A stretch of 64,000 nt of DNA from Alkalispirochaeta sp. GTDB lineage: Bacteria; Spirochaetota; Spirochaetia; DSM-27196; Alkalispirochaetaceae. The notes beneath the pieces are model-generated. The model was not told the origin of the DNA and did no database searches. It worked only from the letters and a program-made list of their open reading frames with translations. The DNA is taken from positions 4,989,414 through 5,053,413 of the forward strand of contig OZ271854.1 in NCBI GenBank assembly GCA_965601925.1, read 5' to 3'. The position numbers and the translations under genes are program-made. Of the stretch, positions 35,037 to 44,245 are shown in pieces. Within the stretch, counting starts at the first letter, position 1. Every line of letters starts with the position of its first letter.

Positions 35037-35921
35037 CTAGAGGGCCGTTTGCGTCGCGTTCCGTAATCCCGATAGCTGAGAGGTCAGCATTCCGGCCATA
35101 AGGAGCATGCACCCAACGACGGCGCGCGTACTGAGCACCTCGCCGAGAATCAACCATCCACCCAGGGCGGCAAAGGTGCCCTCAAGACTGAGAAGAATAG
35201 CTGCGTGACTCGGATGGGCGCGGCGTTGAGCGACTACCTGGAGGGTGTAGGCGACGGCGATCGAGGCGAGTCCACCGTACAAAATGGGAACGACGGCGCC
35301 GCGCACGGCTCCGCCGGGAGTCGACTCGGCGACGAGTCCAACCGTAAGACTCGTCGCTCCCACAAAGACGTACTGAGTGAGAGACAACCACAACGCGGAG
35401 TGCTTCCGCGAGAAGTAGGCGATCGTATGAACGTGCAGAGCAAAGAAAAACGCGCTACCCAGTACGTATAGGTCACCCGCGTTCATGCGCATACCGTCCC
35501 GTACCGTCAACAAATACAACCCCGCCACACCGAAGGCAACGGCCACCCACCGTAAGATACCGATCCGTTGTCCCCACAGAAAGCCGATAAACGGTACCAG
35601 CACGACGTACAACCCGGTGATGAACCCGGCGTTACCGGCGGTGGTCCGCACGAGTCCGATCTGTTGCAAGCTCGAGGCGACGAACAGTACCAGCCCCGCA
35701 AGCGCGCCATCCCGCATCGTGGGGCGCAGCCTCGTCAATCGCGTCCGTGAGCGTACCAGTGCTACCGGCACCAACGCCGCCGCGCCGAGCAAAAACCGAA
35801 CTCCGTTGAAGGTGAACGGACCGATATGCTCCATGCCGATACGCTGAGCCACAAATGCGAGTCCCCAAATAAGCGATGTCGTCAACAGGAGCACGTCGTT
35901 TGCGAGCAGTCCGATTCGCAC
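35037..35921 (-). CDS. EamA/DMT family transporter
   Basis: IWGLAFVAQRIG, FNGVRF, LQQIGL..TTAGNAGFITGLYVVLVP, YTLQVVAQ, ILLSLE. Confidence 0.93.
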   Translation of the reverse strand: MRIGLLANDVLLLTTSLIWGLAFVAQRIGMEHIGPFTFNGVRFLLGAAALVPVALVRSRTRLTRLRPTMRDGALAGLVLFVASSLQQIGLVRTTAGNAGFITGLYVVLVPFIGFLWGQRIGILRWVAVAFGVAGLYLLTVRDGMRMNAGDLYVLGSAFFFALHVHTIAYFSRKHSALWLSLTQYVFVGATSLTVGLVAESTPGGAVRGAVVPILYGGLASIAVAYTLQVVAQRRAHPSHAAILLSLEGTFAALGGWLILGEVLSTRAVVGCMLLMAGMLTSQLSGLRNATQTAL

Positions 35922-35948
35922 GGTGAAACTATCTACGTTCTACCGGCG

Positions 35949-37181
35949 CTACAGCGTCTGTCGCTTGAGTCTGCGAGACCGCTCGATCTTCTGCATTTTG
36001 CGGTAATACTTGGCTTGCTTCTCGATCTCTTCTTTGTCGGTGATGTGAATCTTGTTGTCCAGCGCCTTGATCTTGGTGTTTTGGAGAAGCTCTCGGATGG
36101 CCTGTTTTCCCTCGGTCAGGGGCATACCGACCATATTGATAAGCTCCTTGGTACCGAGATCGAAGGTATACGCCTCGCCGCCGCGAATCGGCACGCGGTG
36201 GCGCTCGAGCTGTATCAGGAGCGCATCGTAGAGTCGACCGACGCTATCGGTCAGTAGTGTGTTCGCCAACTGCTTGTAGATGAACCAAATGCGCTCGGCC
36301 AACAACTGTGTCAGGCGGCTTATGATCTGTGGTTGACTCGATACCATACGCCCGAAGTTCTCCTGATTGACGGCAAGGAGCTGTGTGTCCTCGTAGGCGA
36401 TGGCGGAAGCCGAACGGGGCTTATTCTCTATGAGCGACATCTCTCCGAAGATGTCACCGGGCTTCAGAACGGCGAGAAGCACCTCGTTGTCGTTCACGAT
36501 CTTGGTAATCTTCACCGACCCTTTTTGGATGATGTAAAGCTCGGCGCCGGGCATGACCTCCGAGAAGATCATCGTATTCTTGGGATAGTTTCTGGTGAAC
36601 TCGACAACGCTTCCATCAAGATAGACCGCTTTGGAATACGGTTTGATCTTTTCCAGTCGCTCCTTCGCCTTGGCGAAGTTAATGCCTTTGGGGCACAGCT
36701 GGATGTACTGATAGTACGCGTAGTGCGCCTGATTGTATTGGCTCTGCTTGGCATAAAACTCGGCAACGTAGAATAGGTGTTCGATATCGGGCTCTTGGCT
36801 CTGCTTGAGCGTTATCCGCGCCAGCGCCTCGTCGAGATAGCGCATACGACGCGAGAAACCCTGGATAATCTTCATCGCCACGGGCGTATTTTTTACGATC
36901 AGGTCGCCGAAGTTGTCTTTGTGGACCGATATGAGTGAGCAATCGGTAAGCGCCTGTGCCGTCTCGATATGGCTATGCCCCGACATTGTGGCGACGACGC
37001 CGAAGAAATCCCCCGGCCCGAGAACGTTGCCGCCCTCTTCCTGAACAACCTCCACCTCTTTACTGATCCGCACCTTTCCCGTGCGGAGAATAAAGAAGTG
37101 GTCGGCGTTCTGTTTGCCCTCCACGATAATGTACGCGTCCTTCGTGAAGTTGACGATTGTGAGGTGCAACGCGGTAGACAT
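35949..37181 (-). CDS. Crp/Fnr-family protein with two cNMP-binding domains and a central TPR
   Basis: GDFFGV and GDIFGEMSLIENKPRSASA domains; TPR (LFYVAEFY..QSQYNQAHYAY..YIQLCP); C-terminal HTH-like region. Confidence 0.88.
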   Translation of the reverse strand: MSTALHLTIVNFTKDAYIIVEGKQNADHFFILRTGKVRISKEVEVVQEEGGNVLGPGDFFGVVATMSGHSHIETAQALTDCSLISVHKDNFGDLIVKNTPVAMKIIQGFSRRMRYLDEALARITLKQSQEPDIEHLFYVAEFYAKQSQYNQAHYAYYQYIQLCPKGINFAKAKERLEKIKPYSKAVYLDGSVVEFTRNYPKNTMIFSEVMPGAELYIIQKGSVKITKIVNDNEVLLAVLKPGDIFGEMSLIENKPRSASAIAYEDTQLLAVNQENFGRMVSSQPQIISRLTQLLAERIWFIYKQLANTLLTDSVGRLYDALLIQLERHRVPIRGGEAYTFDLGTKELINMVGMPLTEGKQAIRELLQNTKIKALDNKIHITDKEEIEKQAKYYRKMQKIERSRRLKRQTL

Positions 37182-37229
37182 CTCAGGACGATCCTATCGG
37201 GCTTAGTATAGATTTCGCTTCTGAGGTTG

Positions 37230-38522
37230 TCAATTTGAAGCGACGAGGGGGAATCCCTCGCAGAACGCGGCGACGCGCTCCCGAACGCGCGCAACCACTC
37301 CCTCGGCGCCCTTACTCTTGAGGACGTCGATAATCGATTCGGCAACGAAGGCCATGTCGCTCTCGTTCATACCGCGAGTCGTAAGCGCCGGCGTGCCGAG
37401 CCTGATTCCAGAGGTCACCAGCGGACTTCGCGTGTCGAAGGGAATACCGTTCTTGTTACACGTGATGTTCGCCTTATCGAGCATCCGTTCGGCCTCTTTC
37501 CCGGAGATATCAAGAGACGTTAGATCAACCAACATAAGATGATTATCGGTACCTCCCGAGACAATCCGTATCCCTCCGTCAACCAAAGCGGCGGCAAGAG
37601 CACGCGCATTGGCGAGAATACGGCGCTGGTACTCCCGAAACTCCGGCCGAAGCGCCTCGCGAAACGCGACCGCCTTGGCGGCGACGACGTGCATGAGCGG
37701 CCCCCCTTGAATTCCCGGCATAACGGCCGAATCCAAGAGCTCCGACCAGCGCTTGACGCGGCCCGACTTGGGGGCGATCGCGCCGATCGTGTTCTCGCCG
37801 TCGGAGCCGATGAGTACGAGGCCGCCTCGCGGCCCCCGTAGCGTCTTATGGGTCGTCGTAGTGGTGAAATGCGCGTGGTCGATCGGCGACGGGTGTTCCT
37901 CGGCGGCGACCAGTCCCGCAATGTGCGCCATATCGGTCATAAAAAACGCGCCGACCTCGTCGGCAATCTCGCGAAACCGTACGAAGTCTATGTGCCGCGG
38001 ATAGGCGGACGCGCCGGCTATTATAAGCTTAGGCCTGTGTTCCCGAGCAAGCTTTGCGAGCGAGTCGTAGTCGAGTCGTTCGGTGTCGCGATTCACCCCG
38101 TACCCGACGATATTGTAAAGCTTACCCGATATATTAAACGGCGAGCCGTGCGTAAGGTGCCCGCCGTGAGCCAAATCCATCCCGAGAATCGTATCGCCCG
38201 GTTCCAAAAGGGTGAGATAGACCGCCATGTTGGCCTGACTGCCCGAATGCGGCTGCACGTTGGCGTGGTCGGCCCCGAACAGCGCGCAAGCGCGGTCTCG
38301 GGCGAGGTTTTCCGCCTCGTCCACGTGTTCGCAGCCGCCGTAGTACCGCTTACCCGGATATCCCTCGGCGTACTTATTGGTAAGCACCGTACCGGTCGCC
38401 TCCAGAACGGCGTCGCTGGCAAAGTTCTCACTGGCGATAAGCTCCAACTTGCTTTTTTGTCGAAGCTCCTCTCGTTGAACTACCGCGTATATCTCCGGAT
38501 CGGTCTGTTGTAAGGCCTTCAT
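37230..38522 (-). CDS. glyA: Serine hydroxymethyltransferase
   Basis: [63 protein letters not shown]. Confidence 0.98.
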   Translation of the reverse strand: MKALQQTDPEIYAVVQREELRQKSKLELIASENFASDAVLEATGTVLTNKYAEGYPGKRYYGGCEHVDEAENLARDRACALFGADHANVQPHSGSQANMAVYLTLLEPGDTILGMDLAHGGHLTHGSPFNISGKLYNIVGYGVNRDTERLDYDSLAKLAREHRPKLIIAGASAYPRHIDFVRFREIADEVGAFFMTDMAHIAGLVAAEEHPSPIDHAHFTTTTTHKTLRGPRGGLVLIGSDGENTIGAIAPKSGRVKRWSELLDSAVMPGIQGGPLMHVVAAKAVAFREALRPEFREYQRRILANARALAAALVDGGIRIVSGGTDNHLMLVDLTSLDISGKEAERMLDKANITCNKNGIPFDTRSPLVTSGIRLGTPALTTRGMNESDMAFVAESIIDVLKSKGAEGVVARVRERVAAFCEGFPLVASN

Positions 38523-38578
38523 AACGATCGAGGATAGGAGAAAGGTGATACGGTGTCAATTCAAACCGCCGGTGTCGT

Positions 38579-40201
38579 TTAAAACTGCGCGAAAAGCGTC
38601 GGCGCATCCCAACGGACGCTCAAAGCGTCCGACACTCGGTCGCCGGGCAGCTCCACCCACAATGCTCCTGGCGCCCATGACGCTTCGGGAGAGATGATTC
38701 GGCCGGTCGGGTAGATGCGCGGAGGCAAGAGTCCGTCGACGGCGATCGTCACCCTCCTACCGTCCACGGCCCCGAGACTACCGCGAGAGGGGTCCGTACC
38801 GTAATATTCCGCCGTCGAGACGAAATCGGCGCCGTACATGGCGTCGCCGAGCGCCGGATCGGCGGGGATCCAGCCGACGGCCGGTATATAGAACTCGACC
38901 CAACTGTGGACTCGCGTCTGTCCCCCGTCGTCGAGCAACAGTCCGTGGTGGCGCCGGGCGGGCAACCCTACGTGCCTGGCAAGTGTGACCGCCAGGGACG
39001 CATATCCGCGTGAGGTGGCGGCCGCGCCGTCGAGGGCGTCGGCCACACGGTCGGTTCCCGCGGGATCGGGCTCCAACAGACCGATCACCAAAAGATGGAT
39101 CTCAAGAGCTATCGAGAACGGGCTCGTTCTCAGGTTCAGGCGGCGTGCGAGGTCGGTTATGGCGGCCGTCCCCACCGGAAGGTCCGCCTCGCGTCGCAGA
39201 AAGCTCGCGTAGGCGGCGGAGAAGTCCGGATCGAGCAGCACGGTGGACGACAATCCCTCTTCGATCTGCCAGCGCACCGGCCGTCGCTCCACCAGAATCA
39301 CCCGCTCCAGCCGTTGGGTGACCTCGATCTCCTCACCGTCCTCGCCGGTTTCGGGAACATGCGATTCAAATCGATACATCCAGCCGGTGCGTCGTTGCGC
39401 GAGTTCCGACGATACGGTCTCGCGTAGGAGTTGCACAGACGGCTGTTCCGCGCTTTCGGGGGCGGCGGGAAACATCGCGCGGACGCTCTCGTCGACGCCG
39501 ACGGCAACCAGCGACTGCCGCACGGCGAAACGTCGCGATTCTCCGAGGCTCATCTCGCCGCGGGGAGCGGCGATCGGCACTTCGATACCGGTCGGCATCG
39601 CGTTGATCGACACGCCGTATCGTCCCGACGGTATACCGCTGGGAATGACGAAACGGATTTCGCGATCGGTCCACCGCGTCACAAACGCACTGCCGGCCGA
39701 TATCTCGCGAACATGTCCGTCCCCGGCCAGCGTGATATTCGCGAGCGCCGACCGCGGCCCGAATCCGCCTCCTCGTATGACGATCGTCTCCCCCGCTCGG
39801 CGTTCCGCCTCGTTCAGCGACTCGACGGTGGGTTGCTCCGACGGCGTATGCGTCGGTAAATCGCCTCTGTTCGTAAGAAACACCGGATTGCTGATACCGG
39901 ATGTCGTTTCGACTCGCAAAAGACCGCTTTGCACCTGGTCCGGGAGAGCGAACGTGATGAGGCGATCGCCCCACTCGCGAATGTACTCCGGCGGCACGGC
40001 GATCCCATCGAGCTCTACTCGCCCCGCCCCGCCGAAGGCGCGTCCGGAAACGGAGACTACTTGGTCGGGACGCACAACCTCGGGCTCGATGGCGTCGATG
40101 TGAGGCGGACGACGGGAACTCCAGAGCGCCAACGAGGCGATCGTCGCCAAACACACGATGATCGCCACGGGAACAACGGGAGTATTACGCTTGCGGCTCA
40201 G
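38579..40201 (-). CDS. Membrane-anchored IPT/TIG-repeat protein with a transglutaminase-like domain (no catalytic Cys)
   Basis: Two IPT repeats (V.VSG..FG...WGDR.I; I.IRG..FG...WTDREI); ARHVGLPAR, HSWVEFY, GWIPADP. Start is CTG 40201 or GTG 40168. Confidence 0.8.
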   Translation of the reverse strand: MSRKRNTPVVPVAIIVCLATIASLALWSSRRPPHIDAIEPEVVRPDQVVSVSGRAFGGAGRVELDGIAVPPEYIREWGDRLITFALPDQVQSGLLRVETTSGISNPVFLTNRGDLPTHTPSEQPTVESLNEAERRAGETIVIRGGGFGPRSALANITLAGDGHVREISAGSAFVTRWTDREIRFVIPSGIPSGRYGVSINAMPTGIEVPIAAPRGEMSLGESRRFAVRQSLVAVGVDESVRAMFPAAPESAEQPSVQLLRETVSSELAQRRTGWMYRFESHVPETGEDGEEIEVTQRLERVILVERRPVRWQIEEGLSSTVLLDPDFSAAYASFLRREADLPVGTAAITDLARRLNLRTSPFSIALEIHLLVIGLLEPDPAGTDRVADALDGAAATSRGYASLAVTLARHVGLPARRHHGLLLDDGGQTRVHSWVEFYIPAVGWIPADPALGDAMYGADFVSTAEYYGTDPSRGSLGAVDGRRVTIAVDGLLPPRIYPTGRIISPEASWAPGALWVELPGDRVSDALSVRWDAPTLFAQF

Positions 40202-40713
40202 GACTGGTATCGCTCCACATTGATTTCGAGTTCAATATTCAGCCGACCGAAGCGTTCCGTGTCAACCGGGACGGGCACCGTACCGAGGGGGAGAAAGACC
40301 GCCGGCTCCCCGAGGCGAATCGGCAGGGTAGAAAACGACGTCCGGTACTCCGGTTCCTCGCCGGGTAGGTTCGTCGTAATCCACGTCGCCCCTTGCGCAA
40401 CGAGCATCAGTTGATCCTCCGATTCCCAGTACGGAGTAAACTCGGCCAGAATGGAGATATTGCTTCCATCCAAACGAACGCTCACCGAGCGTCCGCTAAT
40501 CGTGACCCTGGAGACGTCCATCGTCCATACCGTCTCGTTCTCGTCCTTGTCGACGATACGCGCATTGATATGAATGGCCAAGGCCCCTTCCAAAAAGGCG
40601 CCGATAGGATCGGTCAAGTCCTCCACCTCCGCGTGTTGCCCTACAACCGTCGCGATGGGAATGAGCCCGAACGCGAGAGGGATCACGAAGGGAAGCAAAT
40701 GACACCGGCTCAT
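40198..40713 (-). CDS. Hypothetical exported protein in the rpoE operon
   Basis: Signal peptide; TISGRSV.VRL.G.N, LVAQGATW, FLPLG. ATGA coupling to the anti-sigma gene. Confidence 0.8.
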   Translation of the reverse strand: MSRCHLLPFVIPLAFGLIPIATVVGQHAEVEDLTDPIGAFLEGALAIHINARIVDKDENETVWTMDVSRVTISGRSVSVRLDGSNISILAEFTPYWESEDQLMLVAQGATWITTNLPGEEPEYRTSFSTLPIRLGEPAVFLPLGTVPVPVDTERFGRLNIELEINVERYQS

Positions 40714-41381
40714 TCCGCGATGTCCTCCAACGGCATAATCGAGAGAACATCGTTATCGTCCTCGGCGGGTTCAGCGTAATCGGGAACGGTTGCCGTGAGG
40801 TCGCTTCGCAGTAAAACGGGAGCACCGAACATCTGGAACTCCGCCGAGTCGGGAAGACGGATCATCACTTGGTCGAGCTCTTCCTGCTGGTGAAGCCAGC
40901 GGAGCAACTCCTCGGTATGCTCGCCGTCGACGTTGACTTGGAGATTCAACGCCTGTCCTACCCCCGCCATCTCGGCAAATCCTCGGGGATACGAATCGAC
41001 GACACCCGCCAGGTAGACGACCACCGCCGACAAGGTGACGAGCGCAACTACGGAGGCCGCGGCGACGGGCATGGGTAACCGCAGCGACCGGTTCCACCAC
41101 GGTCGGGTTCTTACGCCCGCGGATATACTGTTCTCCAGCCGCGCGTACACACGGACGCGCGCCGCGTCAACGGTCTGCGCGTCGACCGGCTCGTTCGCCT
41201 GTAAGGCGCTGTGCACACGGCGATACGCCCACACTCGATCTTCCGGTATCGTCCCGTCGGAGACGGCGCGCTCCACGCTCTTGGCCGACGCCGGCCCTAA
41301 CTCTCCGTCGAGATAGGCGGAATACTGGCGCATCCGCATGGAAAGGGTGCGATGGTTAGGATCACCGTGGAATGTGGACAT
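40710..41381 (-). CDS. Putative transmembrane anti-sigma factor
   Basis: YSAYLDGEL N-domain, single TM (LPMPVAAASVVALVTLSAVVVYL). GGAGGA RBS; overlaps the sigma 3' end. Confidence 0.8.
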   Translation of the reverse strand: MSTFHGDPNHRTLSMRMRQYSAYLDGELGPASAKSVERAVSDGTIPEDRVWAYRRVHSALQANEPVDAQTVDAARVRVYARLENSISAGVRTRPWWNRSLRLPMPVAAASVVALVTLSAVVVYLAGVVDSYPRGFAEMAGVGQALNLQVNVDGEHTEELLRWLHQQEELDQVMIRLPDSAEFQMFGAPVLLRSDLTATVPDYAEPAEDDNDVLSIMPLEDIAE

Positions 41382-41892
41382 CGTCCTCCTCCAGTTGCCG
41401 CGCCAACCGCTCTCGGGCTCGATGGACACGGACTTTTACATTACCTACGCTGATACCGAGCGTACGCCCGATCTCCGTATATGACAAATTGCCGTACTCC
41501 TTGAGGACGATGACATCGCGCAGGGTGCGGGGCAATGCGTTAATCGCCTCTCGCACTATGTGCGTCGTCTCATCGAAAAGGACCGGTTCGTCGGCGCTCT
41601 CCTCGGGGCGTTGAGGCTCATGCCGTACACGCTCGTACGCATTGCGCTCGCGCCCTTTGCGCTTGGAGAGATTGAACGCGAGATTCTTACCCACCCGCAG
41701 GAGCCAATAGCGCGCCTGCTGTTCATCGGGAAGCGTCGTACTGTGCTGAAAAAACCGAATAAAAGCGTCGTGACAGATCTCCTCCGCAGTGTCGTGATCG
41801 CCGACGATGCGGTGTACGACTTTGAAAAGCGTCGGGAACGTTGATGTGTAGACGGAGTCGAAGAACGCTCGTTCATCCCTATTCATTGACAT
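41362..41892 (-). CDS. rpoE: ECF sigma factor (RpoE/sigma-24 type)
   Basis: AEEICHDAF, YWLLRV.KN, LP..LR.VIVLKEYGNLSYTEIGRTLGISVGNVKVRVHRARERL. Confidence 0.9.
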   Translation of the reverse strand: MSMNRDERAFFDSVYTSTFPTLFKVVHRIVGDHDTAEEICHDAFIRFFQHSTTLPDEQQARYWLLRVGKNLAFNLSKRKGRERNAYERVRHEPQRPEESADEPVLFDETTHIVREAINALPRTLRDVIVLKEYGNLSYTEIGRTLGISVGNVKVRVHRARERLARQLEEDDVHIPR

Positions 41893-41928
41893 AACACTCG
41901 AGGACGCTCAGAGGTTACAGTTGTTGAA

Positions 41929-42879
41929 GTGCCTCAAGCCATTGGATATCCTACGCTGGTGCTCACAGTACAGCGGCGACTGGAAAAGTTCAAGTTAGAG
42001 GCCCCGATAACGTACAATGAATCTCTTGCGGAGTTGACGACCTTTCGCGTCGGCGGGCCGGCGGAAGTGCTGGCGCGTCCCCAGTCGACCGAACAGACAG
42101 CGTCAGTTCTGGCGGCGGCCGCATCGGAATCGATCCCCGTATTCGTGTTGGGCGGCGGCGCCAATATCGTAGTGAGCGATCGCGGGATTTCGGGACTGGT
42201 GCTCTACACCGGCGACATGCGGCACGTCTCGACCGCGGGTTCGATCTTTCGCGCCGAGGCGGGCGCTCGGATCAGCGACGCCGCCGCAACGGCGGCAAAC
42301 TGGCAGCTTCGGGGGCTGGACTTCATCTTTGCCATGCCCGGTAGCGTCGGCGGCGCGGTGTGGATGAACGCCCGTTGTTACGGAGGAGAGATCGCCTCGA
42401 TCCTACGACGCGTCGAATATCTTCATCTCGACGGCACGCCGGGAGAGTACGTGGCTCGCTCGGACGATTTCGCATACAAGATCTCTCCCTTTCAGGATGG
42501 TAAGCGCGTCATAACGGCCGCGGAGTTCAATCTGACCGAGGCGTCCGGTGAGCGCGATGCGCTGTGGCGTCGCATGCGGGAGATCGAAGAGGATCGTCGC
42601 GCCAAGGGGCATTTTGCCGCTCCGTGTGCCGGTTCCATATTCAAGAACAACCGCGCCTATGGAGAGCCGAGCGGCAAGATCATCGACCGCGTAGGCTTGC
42701 GGGGCCTGCGGAACGGTAGCGCAATGGTAAGCGAGGGACACGGTAACATAATCATCAACACCGGCGGCGCGAGCGCATGGGATATCCGGATGCTGGTGAC
42801 AGATGTGCAAAAACGGGTATATCGTACGACGGGGTTCCGACTGGAGCCGGAGGTCCTGTTTGTCGGAGACTGGCAATGA
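41929..42879 (+). CDS. murB: UDP-N-acetylmuramate dehydrogenase
   Basis: TTFRVGGPA, LGGGANIVVSD, MPGSVGGAVWMNA, CAGSIFKN, HGNIIIN, LEPEV. Confidence 0.96.
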   Translation: MPQAIGYPTLVLTVQRRLEKFKLEAPITYNESLAELTTFRVGGPAEVLARPQSTEQTASVLAAAASESIPVFVLGGGANIVVSDRGISGLVLYTGDMRHVSTAGSIFRAEAGARISDAAATAANWQLRGLDFIFAMPGSVGGAVWMNARCYGGEIASILRRVEYLHLDGTPGEYVARSDDFAYKISPFQDGKRVITAAEFNLTEASGERDALWRRMREIEEDRRAKGHFAAPCAGSIFKNNRAYGEPSGKIIDRVGLRGLRNGSAMVSEGHGNIIINTGGASAWDIRMLVTDVQKRVYRTTGFRLEPEVLFVGDWQ

Positions 42880-42898
42880 ATAGCGGAGGGTCTCAACC

Positions 42899-44245
42899 AT
42901 GCACAACACGCTCGAACACCTTCGCGAGTTCATCGAGGAACTGAGCGACGAGCAACTTAGGGAGATGGTCCTGGACATGTCGATCCAGGACATCGTCGAG
43001 TTGTGGCAGGACCTCAAAGACGTGGAGGCGATCAACCTCTTCCTGCTGCTGCCCATCGACAGAAAGGCTGAACTCATCACCGAGCTCGGTTCCGCCGACC
43101 AAGCGCGTCTCATAAAGAGTTTTCCCCTCGACAATGCACGCGAAATCTTCGAAAAGGTAGAGCCGGACGACCTGGTCGACATTATCCAGGAGCTCAACCC
43201 CGAGGTCCGCGAGAGTGTCTGGCAGAGCTTGAGTGACGAAGCACGCAGCCAGATGCAGTTTCTCCTGCGCTTTGACGAGGAACACGCCGCGGGTATCATG
43301 ACGACCCGCTATCTCGCGATTCGGGCCGACATCACCGTCGAGCAAGCTTTGGCGTTTATTCGTATCAACGCGCGCAGGGTTGAGACGATTTATTACATCT
43401 ATGTAGTGGACACCCTCAAACGTCTGCAAGGCGTCGTGAGCCTCAAAGACCTACTCTTCAGCGAAGACATCAGCCGCATCGACGACGTCATGACGCACAA
43501 GGTGATCACCGTCGCCGAAGATGCGGATCAGGAGGAGGTAGCAAAGACGCTGGAAGCCAACGATCTCATCGCGCTGCCGGTCGTGGATACCTACAATCGC
43601 CTCCTCGGCATCGTCACCTTCGACGATGCGATCGATGTTATCCGCGAGGAACAGACCGAGGACGTGTACAAGATGGGCGCCATGGAAGGCTCGGTCGATC
43701 GGTACACCGAGTCCTCGGTGTGGAGGCTTATTCGCAAACGCGTTCCGTGGTTAATCGTCCTATTGGTAGCGGGAACGCTCACTACCAATGTATTGAACGC
43801 CTTCGAGTCGTTAACCTTAGCTGCCGGATTCCTCGTATGGTTCGTCCCGGTCATTACGCAAACCGGAGGAAACTCGGGCACGCAGAGCTCGACGCTCATG
43901 ATTCGCGGTATCGCCACCGGCGAAATTCGATTTCGCGACCTCGGATTGGTGATGTTCAAAGAACTGACCGTAGGTGTAATCATGGGCCTGATTCTCGCAT
44001 GCGTAATCATGTTGCGCAGCGTCTATCTGCCGCCGGGAATCGACTGGATTCAGGCCCTCGCCGTGGGAGCGGCGTTAGTCTTCGTCGTCGTCTTCTCCAG
44101 CGTGATCGGCGCGTTCGCGCCCCTTTTTATTCACCGCTTGGGATTCGATCCGACGGTCATGGCGGGTCCGCTCATGGCGACGGTGATAGACGTCGCGGGG
44201 CTGACGATCTACTTTCGCGCCGCGCGTTTGATCCTCGGCCTATAA
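42899..44245 (+). CDS. mgtE: Magnesium transporter MgtE
   Basis: AAGIMT, CBS pair (IYYIYVVD; LPVVD..GIVTFDD), RVPWL, GGNSGTQ, DPTVMAGP..ATVID. Confidence 0.96.
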   Translation: MHNTLEHLREFIEELSDEQLREMVLDMSIQDIVELWQDLKDVEAINLFLLLPIDRKAELITELGSADQARLIKSFPLDNAREIFEKVEPDDLVDIIQELNPEVRESVWQSLSDEARSQMQFLLRFDEEHAAGIMTTRYLAIRADITVEQALAFIRINARRVETIYYIYVVDTLKRLQGVVSLKDLLFSEDISRIDDVMTHKVITVAEDADQEEVAKTLEANDLIALPVVDTYNRLLGIVTFDDAIDVIREEQTEDVYKMGAMEGSVDRYTESSVWRLIRKRVPWLIVLLVAGTLTTNVLNAFESLTLAAGFLVWFVPVITQTGGNSGTQSSTLMIRGIATGEIRFRDLGLVMFKELTVGVIMGLILACVIMLRSVYLPPGIDWIQALAVGAALVFVVVFSSVIGAFAPLFIHRLGFDPTVMAGPLMATVIDVAGLTIYFRAARLILGL

